From Mantamonas sphyraenae STR306 (Eukaryota > Protista > CRuMs), in NCBI GenBank assembly GCA_026936335.1, contig JAPMXV010000004.1:186001-250000 (forward strand): 64,000 nt of DNA, read 5' to 3'. Below, one piece after another: positions 12,701 through 22,745 of the stretch; the first letter of the stretch is position 1, and each line of letters starts with the position of its first letter. Under the pieces are notes generated by a model, which was not told the DNA's origin, did not search any database, and saw only the letters and a program-made list of their open reading frames with translations. Position numbers and translations under genes: made by a program.

Positions 12701-14604
12701 TCTGCATCTGCACACGCGCACAATGCTTGCCATGCTTGAACGAGCTCAGCGACTCGTCCAACTCATCCTTGACCTCTGGGGGGACGTCTTTGATCATGAG
12801 AAAGTACAAGGCAATGGCCATGCGGTCGATTGCGGTTTCTCCCTGCAGCAGATCTTCCGGATCCAGCAGGCGAGGTACGCCGAGGTACTCTTGGGCCACA
12901 TCCATGGCCAAGGTGACGTTAAAGGACGGGTCCTCGGCGTCCATGAGGTCCAGAGGAATGGCCATGGGCACATGCGCATGCACGGCTGCACACAGAGCGA
13001 GGCCGTTGCGCACATCGGCGTCCAGGTTGTGAATGGCATTCATGTCCATGTCCAGCAGGTGGCGGTTGAGCCAAGACAGGATGCTCTTGTGCTGCAGAGT
13101 TTGCGTCGACTCACCAAGGTCGTCTGCCACCTCGGTGTCCAGGCCATGCAGCGTGTGTACCACCAGCCATAGCGTATCCATCACACACACTTCGTCAAGT
13201 TGGCCCTTTTTCGTCCATCGTGCTTCCACGGCGCCAGCACGCTCGCCCAGCAGCGACATCAGTGTCTTGACATTTTTCTTGACATGCTTCTTGTCCACAG
13301 GCGGCGCGTACACGCGTAGGTCCTGGATGATTTCGTCGGGAAACAGTTTGAGCAGCACGTACGCGTCTTTGAGGCAAGCCAACAGGTCATCCGTTGGCTT
13401 GCGGGTCCTGCGGCCGGCCTCGCGTGCTGTTTGTCCTCCTGTGCCGGATGCCGACGAAGCGTCGTTCGCTTTGCTGTATACCCCAGGCAGTTGGATGTTT
13501 TTGTGTTCAATGGCGGCGTCGAGGAAGCGCTGAAAGGTCTTGCGCCGCAGAGTGAGCCAGCGTGGCTCGTTTTCACTTCCGCTTGCTTGCCTGCCATCGC
13601 TCAGATTCTCGTCATCGTTGAGTAAGAAGCCCAGATATATCATGAGTGGTCTGTTGTCGACGTCTGGTGATGTGATTTCGTACGAGGTAAGCAGCGGCGG
13701 CACGCCCAGATGCGCGGACAGCAGATCGAGCGCCGTTTGCACATTCTCGTAGTGGTTGTCCTTGTCCAGGGCGGCAAAGTCGATGAGCGTGGGATCCAGT
13801 GAGTGCACGAGGGCACACAGGGCTAATCCATCCGCCCAGCTCTCCCTCTTGATGTCCCGTACGCGTGCCGACGGGTATGCCACGAGCCGGTTGCGAAACG
13901 CTTGGGCCATGGCCCACTCCGTATCCATGTCTGTGGTAAGCTCAGGGCCCAGGTGCGCCCGGATGTGTAGTGTTTCCACCAGGTCCCACGTGTACGAGAG
14001 CACAGCGTCTGTGTTGCCGTCGACAAGGTCTGGGCGGAGGCGTTGGCAGGGGTCGAGAAGGGTTCAAGGGAGAATGCGCGCAAAGAGCTTCCGTGTCAGT
14101 CGAACATGCACATTCAGGTGCACATGGGAAGCGTATGGGCCAGCAACACATGTAAACATGGTGTTACGCAAGGAACGTACCATCGATTTCGTATTTGCGC
14201 GCAAGAGCGGTGCCAAAGGTCTTGTCGACATACTCGATGTTCCGCGAGTGATTCTTCCGCCAGCGCTTTTTCGACTGTTCGCTTTTGAGTTTGGCCATTT
14301 TGCCCGTGAGCATGCCCGTGGCTGTGCCCAATACCATGCCGTCCTGCAGATCCGCGATAAAGGTATGTTCAGTGACTTCCAGGTCCGTGTCTTCGAGGAG
14401 GTAGTTCAGCAGGCCGCACAGCGTGGCCACCAGTCGACTCTGGGCATGCTTGTCAGGCTGGAAGTTGTCCACTAGATGCACAGAGCTGGAACCGGACGAG
14501 TTGGCTGTCGAATGGGATGTCCCACTGGCCCGCGATGATTTTGTGGCCGCCGAGATGCCCGAGAACACGGACAGGCGGTCTGAGCCCAATCGGATGCGAC
14601 TCAT
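6780..14604 (-). CDS. About 2,557-aa cytoskeletal protein: four calponin-homology domains, HEAT repeats and a long coiled coil; exons 14604-14181 and 14029-6780
   Basis: Splicing the phase-1 intron 14030-14180 (GTACGT...CTGAC...CCCAG) restores the CH motif DLVDGNTDAVLSYTW. Other CH motifs: DLQDGMVL, SWADGLALCALVH, RRKTFQRFL, NGLALCAAVH...LGVPRLLDPEDL. HEAT motifs LxDP..VR.xAA.ALG. E/Q/K-rich heptads follow. Confidence 0.85.
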
Positions 14605-14739
14605 GTTGTGCTGTGTCGGAGGATGATGATGTGAACGGCTGCTACTCTCTTTGTTGGGAGTTTGGCTGCGGCCTGTTTGTCCTCTCCCAGTGCAGTGCTT
14701 TTTGGATGGCGTCGACGGCGCAGGCAGCGAAAGCCACAC

Positions 14740-16809
14740 ATGACGGAGCCCTTGGACGAGTACAGCGAGAATCTTGGGGAAAACAAGTTCATGCAGCTGG
14801 TTCGCAGCGACTATCTTCCGTTTCGCACGGTTACGTTACAGGAAGCCATCGCGGCACACGGGTGGACGCTGGTGATGCCAGCTGCGTTCACGCTGCACGG
14901 AGCGGAGCTGAACCAGAGCGTGCTGGAGAGCCATGTGCTGGTGGACTTTTTCGACACACAGGATGCCCTGCATGAACACATGCGCGAGCGAGGCATCGAC
15001 ATCCCCAGCGAGGAGGAGGACGCGTCACAAGAGGGCCACGAGGAGACGACGACGACGGCAGGTGCGTCGACGCCAGCCGCAGTCCAGCGACAAGAGTCGT
15101 CGGGCTTTGTGGTGCTGGATTTTGACGGGGACTTTAGTGACGCACGAGTGGAGCGGCCGGACGCAGAGACGATGCCCGTGACAAAGAGTGAGGAGGTGAG
15201 TGTGGACGCGCTTCCTCGCTCCTATTCAAAGCGCTTGCCTCACTACGAAGCACTGCTGGCTGAAAAGCGGCCGTTTGTACCCCTGGGTGGCTCTTCCCAA
15301 ACGTGCTACTACCGCACGCTAAACAACCGGTACGTGTCGTACGATGCCCAGGCACGTGCGCTGCACACCGAGTGGGGTTTTGCGGAGGAGCGTACGACGC
15401 CGCTGTTGTTTGACGAGATTGTTTATGGGGCCGAGGAAGACGACCGTTACCGGTTGTTGTGTGTGCGGGGTTTGCTGGAGGGAAACGGCGAGGAGATTGT
15501 GGACGAACGCGTGAGTAAGCAGCACGTGGTGGAGATCGGCGATGGCGAGTCGGGCCCACAGTCGGTGACAGTCATTTTCAACTACGAACAGCAAGGAGAG
15601 GACATCGACCACGATTCACTCTTCTACCCAAGGCATAACGTAAAGGAGTACGAAGCGTTGCTGCGTATGTTTGAAGAAAACGAGACGGTGCTCAAGGATC
15701 TGGACGAGGTGCTGCAGGACTGCATGGACACGCGGCTTGTGGAGATCCGTGGCGCAGACGAGGTGGGCGAAGTGTCGTCCACAGTGGAAGAGACGGCTCA
15801 CGAGTACACAGGACGGCTGCTGAAGGCGAACGAACTGCTTGCGAGCGCACGCACAAACCAGGCGCATTACGACGAACTGTTCCAGGCGGTGCTTAGCCAT
15901 GTGATGACAAGGTTATTCGCGACGCTGTTTGGCGACCTGCAGATGGTGTACATGAAGGAGGATCGACTCTTGGAAAAGGCCATGGAGGGGTTGCAGGACG
16001 TGCTGACGCTGGAGAGTTTGGAAGTGCCGCCGGCTTTCCACCTGGACTACGACGCTGCAGTGGACGAGTTGTCACGTATGAACCAGTACACGACTGCCAA
16101 AGAACGTGCGTACTGCCTGAAACGGGCACACACTCGGATCATCGAGCAAGCGAGTCAGCCCGAGGACGTGGAAGGCGACGCAGAGCCCGAGGTGATGTTT
16201 ACGACGGAAGAGCTGCTCCCCGTCTTCATCCACGTCTTACTCCGTGCGCGTGTGCGCTACCTGAAAAGCAACGCGGTGTTCCTGGAATACTTTTTCCTTG
16301 GCAACACCACCACATCGGACTACGGCTTTTACATTGCCAATTTTACGGCAGCTGTCCATTACTGCGAGCAACAGTACACTGAGATGGTGGAGAAAAAGAT
16401 CAACTCGCTGAGAAGCGGCTTGTTTGGCGAGAGCTCACCGTCTAGCGCGTTGGACAGCGAGGAGCCTGCCAAGAAGCGCAGCGAAGGACGGCGGCGCAAG
16501 ACGGTGGCATCTCGAAGTGGTGCTGCTCAAGGGAGCTCACGCAGGCGCAGCCGAACAGGCTCGCTGATCCAACAGCGGTTGACGCAGGAAGGCCAAGCAA
16601 GCGAGCCTGTGGACCCGCTCAGCGCAGCTGCGGCGTCACGCAGGCATCGCATGTTGAGTGATTCGAGCGACGGTGGCGATGGGACGGATCAGTTTGGCCA
16701 GCAGGACGGCACGCCCACGCTAAGGGAACAGCTGGGGTTTGTGGCCGAGTCGATGCCAAGGCCGCGCCCCAGGTCGAGCCAACTCAAGAGCACTGACGGA
16801 GACAGGTGA
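14740..16809 (+). CDS. VPS9-domain Rab GEF with VARP/ANKRD27-like N-terminus and no ankyrin repeats
   Basis: N-terminus YSENLGENKFMQ...HGWTLVMP...ESHVLV resembles the VARP N-terminus. VPS9 core: AVDELSRMNQYTTAKERAYCL, TTEELLPVFIHVLLRA, YGFYIANFTAAVHY. Confidence 0.85.
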   Translation: MTEPLDEYSENLGENKFMQLVRSDYLPFRTVTLQEAIAAHGWTLVMPAAFTLHGAELNQSVLESHVLVDFFDTQDALHEHMRERGIDIPSEEEDASQEGHEETTTTAGASTPAAVQRQESSGFVVLDFDGDFSDARVERPDAETMPVTKSEEVSVDALPRSYSKRLPHYEALLAEKRPFVPLGGSSQTCYYRTLNNRYVSYDAQARALHTEWGFAEERTTPLLFDEIVYGAEEDDRYRLLCVRGLLEGNGEEIVDERVSKQHVVEIGDGESGPQSVTVIFNYEQQGEDIDHDSLFYPRHNVKEYEALLRMFEENETVLKDLDEVLQDCMDTRLVEIRGADEVGEVSSTVEETAHEYTGRLLKANELLASARTNQAHYDELFQAVLSHVMTRLFATLFGDLQMVYMKEDRLLEKAMEGLQDVLTLESLEVPPAFHLDYDAAVDELSRMNQYTTAKERAYCLKRAHTRIIEQASQPEDVEGDAEPEVMFTTEELLPVFIHVLLRARVRYLKSNAVFLEYFFLGNTTTSDYGFYIANFTAAVHYCEQQYTEMVEKKINSLRSGLFGESSPSSALDSEEPAKKRSEGRRRKTVASRSGAAQGSSRRRSRTGSLIQQRLTQEGQASEPVDPLSAAAASRRHRMLSDSSDGGDGTDQFGQQDGTPTLREQLGFVAESMPRPRPRSSQLKSTDGDR

Positions 16810-16854
16810 CACCTCGTCGCATTGTATAAATTGGACACTGTGGTGATCACAATC

Positions 16855-18108
16855 ATGAGCACAACACCGTATGCTTCGCCTGCGTTGGACGACTTTGGCA
16901 TCGATGCCAAACTGGGTTTTGTGGGCCGGATCCCAGTGCAGACATTTGCTGGCAGTGTGTTTGAGGAGTCGCTGTGCGCTGTGGAGACGTGTGTGCGTGG
17001 TCTTCCTCGTGTGCTGGGCTCGGGAAGCAAGCAACGGGTGCGAGCGTGGTTGCAGGACCAGCTGTCCGACACTCCGATTGTGCAAGAGGAAGAGGTGGAT
17101 GCCATGAGCGAGGGCGAGCTAGAACTTGCAATGCTGCTGTACACGATGTGTGTCGCTGCGTGGATGCGCCCCGTGCCGAACGGGGAGCCGATTGACGAGG
17201 AGGGCCTGCGTGTGCCCCGCTACCTCGCTGTTCCATGCTGTGCGGTGGCTGACAAGCTGCAACGACCTCCAATCACGTCCCATGTGCTGACTCTGGCCAA
17301 CTGGAGACTGATGGACGATTCGGCACCCGTGGAGCTGGGCAATGTCGAGCTGCTTGTGCCGTTTGCAGGTGGGGTGGACGAGGCATGGTTCTTTGTGGTG
17401 CCCATCGTCATGGAAGCGCAGTGTGGTGGGCGTCTGGCACGAGGCGCTCTGCAGTGTGTCGAAGGAATGGCGACGCAGGACAAGGAGCTCCTTGTGGCTG
17501 GCCTGGAGCTTGTGTCCGAGGCCATCCACGACATGCAGGAGATTTTTGCGCACATGGACGACCTGTGTGATCCTTATGTGTTCTTCCGACGTGTACGCCA
17601 CTTCCTGGGTGGCTACGAGGAGGCTGTGTTTGAGGGAGCCGGCAAAGACGGCGGCGATCGCAGCGTCTCCGCACACGGCGCGTCGGCGGCACAGAGTGCG
17701 TTGTTCCACGTGTGTGACGCCCTTTTGGGCGTGTCACACCATGGAGAGGCACAAGAGTTTCTGGAAGCGATGCGGCCGTTCATGCGCGTGGGCTGGCGCA
17801 GGTTTCTGGAGTTTTTGGACGAGCAAGAGGACGTGTGTGACCATGCACTGGTGACAGAGGACAACGAGGTGCGCAGTGCCTACGAGCAATGTGTGGAGAC
17901 GCTGGTGGGGTTCCGCTCGCAACACATCCGGGTTGTGAGCAAGTTTGTAGTCGTGCAGTCGGTCAAGCTTCGCAAGGACCAAGGGCTGGCAGACAGCGAC
18001 GAGGGAGTGAAGGGCACGGGAGGATCAAGTGTGATGGGATTCCTGAAAGGGTCGCGTGACGACACGCGCTCGCTCGTGCAGGCCAAGAGCGCAGAAGATG
18101 GGAAATGA
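16855..18108 (+). CDS. IDO: Indoleamine 2,3-dioxygenase (heme), intronless
   Basis: VPRYLAVP...LQRPP, LANW, GGVDEAWFF, CDPYVFFRRVRHFLGG, GASAAQS, FRSQH (proximal His) and KGTGGS. Confidence 0.93.
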   Translation: MSTTPYASPALDDFGIDAKLGFVGRIPVQTFAGSVFEESLCAVETCVRGLPRVLGSGSKQRVRAWLQDQLSDTPIVQEEEVDAMSEGELELAMLLYTMCVAAWMRPVPNGEPIDEEGLRVPRYLAVPCCAVADKLQRPPITSHVLTLANWRLMDDSAPVELGNVELLVPFAGGVDEAWFFVVPIVMEAQCGGRLARGALQCVEGMATQDKELLVAGLELVSEAIHDMQEIFAHMDDLCDPYVFFRRVRHFLGGYEEAVFEGAGKDGGDRSVSAHGASAAQSALFHVCDALLGVSHHGEAQEFLEAMRPFMRVGWRRFLEFLDEQEDVCDHALVTEDNEVRSAYEQCVETLVGFRSQHIRVVSKFVVVQSVKLRKDQGLADSDEGVKGTGGSSVMGFLKGSRDDTRSLVQAKSAEDGK

Positions 18109-18121
18109 ATCATCATCGAGT

Positions 18122-20521
18122 ATGGAGCACACGTGGCCCAACGGCGACCACTACGCCGGTGAAGCCCTGGTGACCGGCGCGGGTGTGGGTCAGTGGCAGA
18201 GGCATGGGGTGGGCAAGATGCGCTGGGCAAACGGCGACGTGTACGAGGGCGAATGGTACCGCGACAGCAAGCACGGGGAGGGCAAGTACATGTGGGAGAA
18301 TGGCGACCGCTACGATGGCGAATGGAAACGCGATCGGATCACAGGCAAAGGTGAGGAAAGGTGAAAAGATGGAAAATTGGCGCGCGACGTCATTCCATTC
18401 CGCCACCGGTTCATGCGCGACCGAGAACATGCACTGACGTGGAACGGTTGTACGCGTGCTTGTGAACAGGCATATTCACCACGAGTGCGGGAGACTGCTA
18501 TTCAGGCGATTGGCTAAACAACAAAAAGGTGAGAGGGGTGCAAGATTGTGTGTCGGAGCCGGTGATTCTTGTTGCAGGCGTGTGCTGACGTGGCGGGACT
18601 GCACAGCACGGGAACGGCGAGTATGTGTGGAGCGATGGAGAAAAGTACGTGGGCGAGTGGCAGAATGACCTGAAGCACGGTCTGGGCATTTTCGCTGGAG
18701 AGAACGGGTCTGTGTATGACGGAGCGTGGTTCCGTGATCTGCAGCACGGCCACGGCCAAAAGACCTACGCAGACGGTTCCAAGTACATCGGGTCATGGGA
18801 GAACGGCATGATCCACGGATCTGGGGTCATGTCGTCTGTGAGCGGCCAGACATACGATGGCAAGTGGGTCAAGGGCAACAAGCACGGCCTTGGCTCGCTC
18901 AGCTTCCCCAATGGCAGCCAATACGACGGCCACTTTGTGGGCGACGAGATCGACGGAGAGGGAACCATGATTACAGAGGACAGCATGGTGTGGCATGGCA
19001 CGTGGCGCTTCCTGAGAAGGACAAAGAACGGCATTGCTGTGGGCACGGCCGAGGTGAGCACGATGGATGGCGACGAGTACAACGGACACTATGGCCTCGA
19101 CGACGACGGAGCGCTGTTTTTCTTCCGGGACGGTGACCAGAGTAGGTTGTGTTGCGGCGCAAACAGGGGAGAAATTGGAAAACCTTGGGGGACTCGTGCT
19201 AACTCTGCATCGGACAGTGAGCGAAATCTTGGGCGAGGAGGAGGCAACAGCTACGGCAGCGGTGGAGGAAGAGTCGTTGAACGCGAGTGCAGCGAGCGAG
19301 GACAGCGATGGGGCTGTGACCGCGCACGGATCGCCGTTGGCATCGTCGCATAGCGAGGCTGAAGAAAAGGAGAAAGAGGATGCGCTGGAAGTGGAGAGTG
19401 TGCACAGTGCCGCCTCGACGCCGGCTCAGAAAAGGACGAGTTTGATGAGCACAGGCACTTCGCCTGTGCGTGCAAGCTCCACGGCAAGCACGGTGTTGGC
19501 AGAAACGGAGATGGCCACTGCACCGGCGTCGCTGAAAACGACATCGACGTCAACTTCGACCAACACGTCGCCTCGAGCCAATTTGGCCAAGGACCACACG
19601 CGAGGAGGAGTGGGCATGGACTCGATGACATTGGACGGAGGAAGCAGCAGCAGCAGCAGCAGCGGTAGCAGCAGCGGCAGCGGCAGCACGCGATCCACGT
19701 CGCCGCAAAGTCGCCTCACCTCGATGCTGGGCGAGCGATTGCAAAACACAGGATCGCCGAGCCAGCGGGGTCTGTATTCGTTGTTGCATGCGATGCAGCA
19801 GCGTCGTGGGACGCCACCGTCGATGCAGCGGCAGTCGTCTTCCGGAGGGCGGGCATACGACTCGAGCGTGCTGTACTATGATACGACTTCACAGGCAGAG
19901 CAGGAGAGCACGAGTGGACGGCGTGGACAGGGCAGCGGCGGCGGGGCCACAGTGGGCCGCAAGCGCAAGCGACGCATGTCGGATGACTTTAGTCTCGATG
20001 CCAGCGAGGACGAGGTGCACATGAACAAGGGCATGCGCAACGAACACCACGAGCGAAGGCAGGGGAGCATGGGCGCAAACCATCTGCGTGCGCTCGTGTC
20101 GGGTGTCTCCGAATTCCCCTGCATCATGGAGCTGGACTGTGTGACCCTGAGCCAACTCAAGTATCGCCTGTTTATGGAGTTTGGCGTGCCCCTGGGCTCG
20201 ACCGTGCTCTACTGGGACGAGGAGTTTGGCGAGTGGGTGCAACTGGACGACAGCTCCTTCCGTGTGCTCAAGGGCAAGGTCAAGCTCAAGGTGCCTCCCC
20301 CCGGACACACGGGAGGCGCAAGGTCCAGCATGGCTGCGTCGACAACAACCTCTTCCTCGTCCATCTCGCCCAGCAACATCCATGGCTACCGCAGCAGCCT
20401 TGACCAACAGGCCGCCCGCTACTTGGACCGCCGCAGCGATGAGCGGAGCAGTAGCCGCAGCGAAAGGAACAGCAACGAATGGTCCAAAGTGTGGAATGGA
20501 GTGCGTGAGGCATTCTCGTGA
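18122..20521 (+). CDS. MORN-repeat protein with low-complexity linker, basic NLS-like motif and C-terminal PB1/ubiquitin-like domain; exons 18122-18350, 18470-18528, 18607-19141, 19218-20521
   Basis: About 9-10 YxGxWxxxxxHGxG repeats stay in frame across introns 18351-18469, 18529-18606 and 19142-19217 (GCTAAC branch at 19198; alternative donor 19133). RKRKRR motif. C-terminal LSQLKYRLF...VLYWDEEFGEWVQL. Confidence 0.8.
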
Positions 20522-20615
20522 TTGAGGAAATGAAGACGATGCACTGCGCTCGCCAAGTTTTCCCTGCAATTCCCTCGCCCCCCTTCTACGGTGCACACGC
20601 ACACGCACACACGCC

Positions 20616-21323
20616 ATGCTTCGACGGTTACCCAAGTCGGTGCATGAAGAGTACAAAGCAGCGGGTATTCTGCTGTACGGAGCCATGCCCGAGCGGGACG
20701 GGGCCGGGGGAGGGCTCGGGGTCCTGCTGGGCCTGGAACGACGCAAACAGGGCCTGGTGGCCAATCTGATTGGGGGCAAGCGAGAGAAGCGAGACCGCAG
20801 TTCGCCCATCCACACGGCAGTGCGTGAGTTTTGCGAAGAGACGGCAGGGATTGTACAGGCGACGCGCATGGTGCCCGAGGTGGCCATGGACTCTGCGGCG
20901 TGGAACACGCAGATGCTGTACGTTCCACAGGGAAAGTATGTACTGTGTGCACGGCGCACATCGGCACGTGAACTTCGTTCGATGCGTGTGGACTGGACGT
21001 CGGCGTGGCGCAGTGCAGGCGGCGACGAGGAGGACGAGGCGTGGCAAGATGCCAGCATGGAGGCCATCGCCTGGGTCGACGTGCATTCTATTTATAATTC
21101 TGTGCTGGCCCAGCAGCAAGCAGACGCAGCCAACCTAAGCCTGCGCCTGGACGAAAACCTCACCGCCGACCTGTATCCCTTTGCGGCCACTGTGCTGCGC
21201 TGCAAACCCCTGCGCAGGCTGCTTCTGAAGGAGGCACACACCCTCGTCGGATCCAAATCCTCCTCATCCTCATCCTCATCCTCATCAGCATCCTCCTCAG
21301 CATCCTCCTCCTCCTCCTCATGA
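20616..21323 (+). CDS. Nudix hydrolase with poly-Ser tail
   Basis: YKAAGILLY...VLLGLE...GGKRE...TAVREFCEETAG Nudix-box variant. Confidence 0.82.
   Translation: MLRRLPKSVHEEYKAAGILLYGAMPERDGAGGGLGVLLGLERRKQGLVANLIGGKREKRDRSSPIHTAVREFCEETAGIVQATRMVPEVAMDSAAWNTQMLYVPQGKYVLCARRTSARELRSMRVDWTSAWRSAGGDEEDEAWQDASMEAIAWVDVHSIYNSVLAQQQADAANLSLRLDENLTADLYPFAATVLRCKPLRRLLLKEAHTLVGSKSSSSSSSSSSASSSASSSSSS
21258..21320. repeat. TCC/TCA trinucleotide tract encoding poly-Ser (representative; others at about 2184-2243, 36981-37026, 41325-41400, 53549-53588)
   Basis: Directly visible low-complexity repeat inside the CDS. Confidence 0.9.
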
Positions 21324-22745
21324 GGAGGCTTTGGATTTGCCCGCACGCCTGCGTTGCAGGACGTGGTCGGCCACCTCGTGGATGCAGGCGTCCACCGCCA
21401 GCTTGTCAAACGAGGACAGCTGGATGAAAGAGCGGCAGGCGTGAGTGTTGCAGAAATGACGCGCAGTGATTTCGTCCCCAATGTCCAAGTCTTGCAGATC
21501 TTCCTTGGTGGCTACGAGCAAGCGTTGCAGCGACTCGTTGGCCACCAGCGGCTTCACAAGCGGTTCCAAATCCGTCAGCTCCTCTGGCACCACGCTACTG
21601 TACACAAGCAAGACGGCATGCGGATGGATGCCGGCCAGTTCCAGCTGCACATCCTGTGCAGTGCCCGGAAGGTCGTACAGCCACACCTGCACCGTTTGGC
21701 CTTGCACTCTGATGTTACGCTCGTACACACGCGTCATATCTGTGGCCGCCACCCCATGATCCACTGTGCCCGACACAAATTGCTGCACAATGCTGGTTTT
21801 GCCCACGCCAGATGGTCCTGCCAGGGCAATGTGGATGGGCGCATCCTCTTCCTCCTCCTCTTCCTCCTCCTCCTCCTCTTCCTCGTCTTCTTCTTGGCCC
21901 TCCTGCTCCTCTCCTTCCCCTCCGTTGTCCCCTCCTCCGTTTGCTGCTGTCTTGGGCGATGGCGAGTTCACATCGTCCCCTGCGGCTTCAAGGGACGCGG
22001 AGGCTGCAGCGCCTGGTCGAAGGCTGACCTGCCGTCCTTGCGCCTCGTCGTGTCGGGCACGCTCCTCCTCCACGCTCCGGCCCTTTTTCTTTACAAAGAC
22101 CACACTCTTGCTGGTTGGATCACGCACATACAACAGCGGTGCGGGTGTCTTCCATGTGGGTCCCTGTGCCCCAGAGGAGCCGCTACCGCTCAGCCCTACG
22201 CCAGCCCCAAGGCGGCTGCTGCTGCTGCTCGACGACGACGTATCGAACCGAGACCGCCTCAACGCACGCTTTGCATCCAACGTCTCACCCTTCTCCTTTT
22301 TCACCTCTGAATGCGTGGGTGGATGCGTGTGTGTGTGTGCCATGTCCGATGTCAGCCACCTTGCGGCAAAGAAACGGCGGACGCCAGAACCGTTGCAGGC
22401 GCACGACGCTCGTCGCGCCTTACCATTGTAAAACTGGCTATCGAGCTGTGGCCAGTAAAAGTATCCTTCCGGGTTGCCAAAATCATCGGTCTTTTTGGTG
22501 GCCGACACCATTGTGGTTTGGCCGTAGCGCACACTGCCAGCGACTCGCCGGAGCTCCTCCTGGGCCTCCGGGCCTTGCTTGCCACTCCCCTGCTCTTCGC
22601 TGCCGCTGCCCACACCTGTATCCTCCACCTCAAAGATCGGCCTGTACGACGGTGCGTGCTCATGCGCCTTGCCCGGGCCGAATAGGTCCGCCACCGCGTC
22701 GCTTCCGGTCGTGGGCCGTTTGCGCGACGACCAAGGGCGCGACAT
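21318..22745 (-). CDS. Atypical Ras-superfamily small GTPase with long low-complexity N-terminal extension; exons 22745-22424 and 22306-21318
   Basis: G1 GPSGVGKT, G3 DLPG, G4 TKED, G5-like LSS, no C-terminal Cys. Intron 22307-22423 (GTAAGG...CTGAC...(CA)n...CAG). Upstream in-frame ATGs extend to 22802. Confidence 0.8.
   Translation of the reverse strand: MSRPWSSRKRPTTGSDAVADLFGPGKAHEHAPSYRPIFEVEDTGVGSGSEEQGSGKQGPEAQEELRRVAGSVRYGQTTMVSATKKTDDFGNPEGYFYWPQLDSQFYNGKARRASCACNGSGVRRFFAARWLTSDMAHTHTHPPTHSEVKKEKGETLDAKRALRRSRFDTSSSSSSSSRLGAGVGLSGSGSSGAQGPTWKTPAPLLYVRDPTSKSVVFVKKKGRSVEEERARHDEAQGRQVSLRPGAAASASLEAAGDDVNSPSPKTAANGGGDNGGEGEEQEGQEEDEEEEEEEEEEEEEDAPIHIALAGPSGVGKTSIVQQFVSGTVDHGVAATDMTRVYERNIRVQGQTVQVWLYDLPGTAQDVQLELAGIHPHAVLLVYSSVVPEELTDLEPLVKPLVANESLQRLLVATKEDLQDLDIGDEITARHFCNTHACRSFIQLSSFDKLAVDACIHEVADHVLQRRRAGKSKASS

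Noticed and set aside
19133-19166. Apparent 25-34 nt micro-intron in the MORN gene using the CAG at 19164-19166
   Set aside because: A same-phase acceptor at 19217 with a canonical GCTAAC branch point gives a normal 76-85 nt intron.
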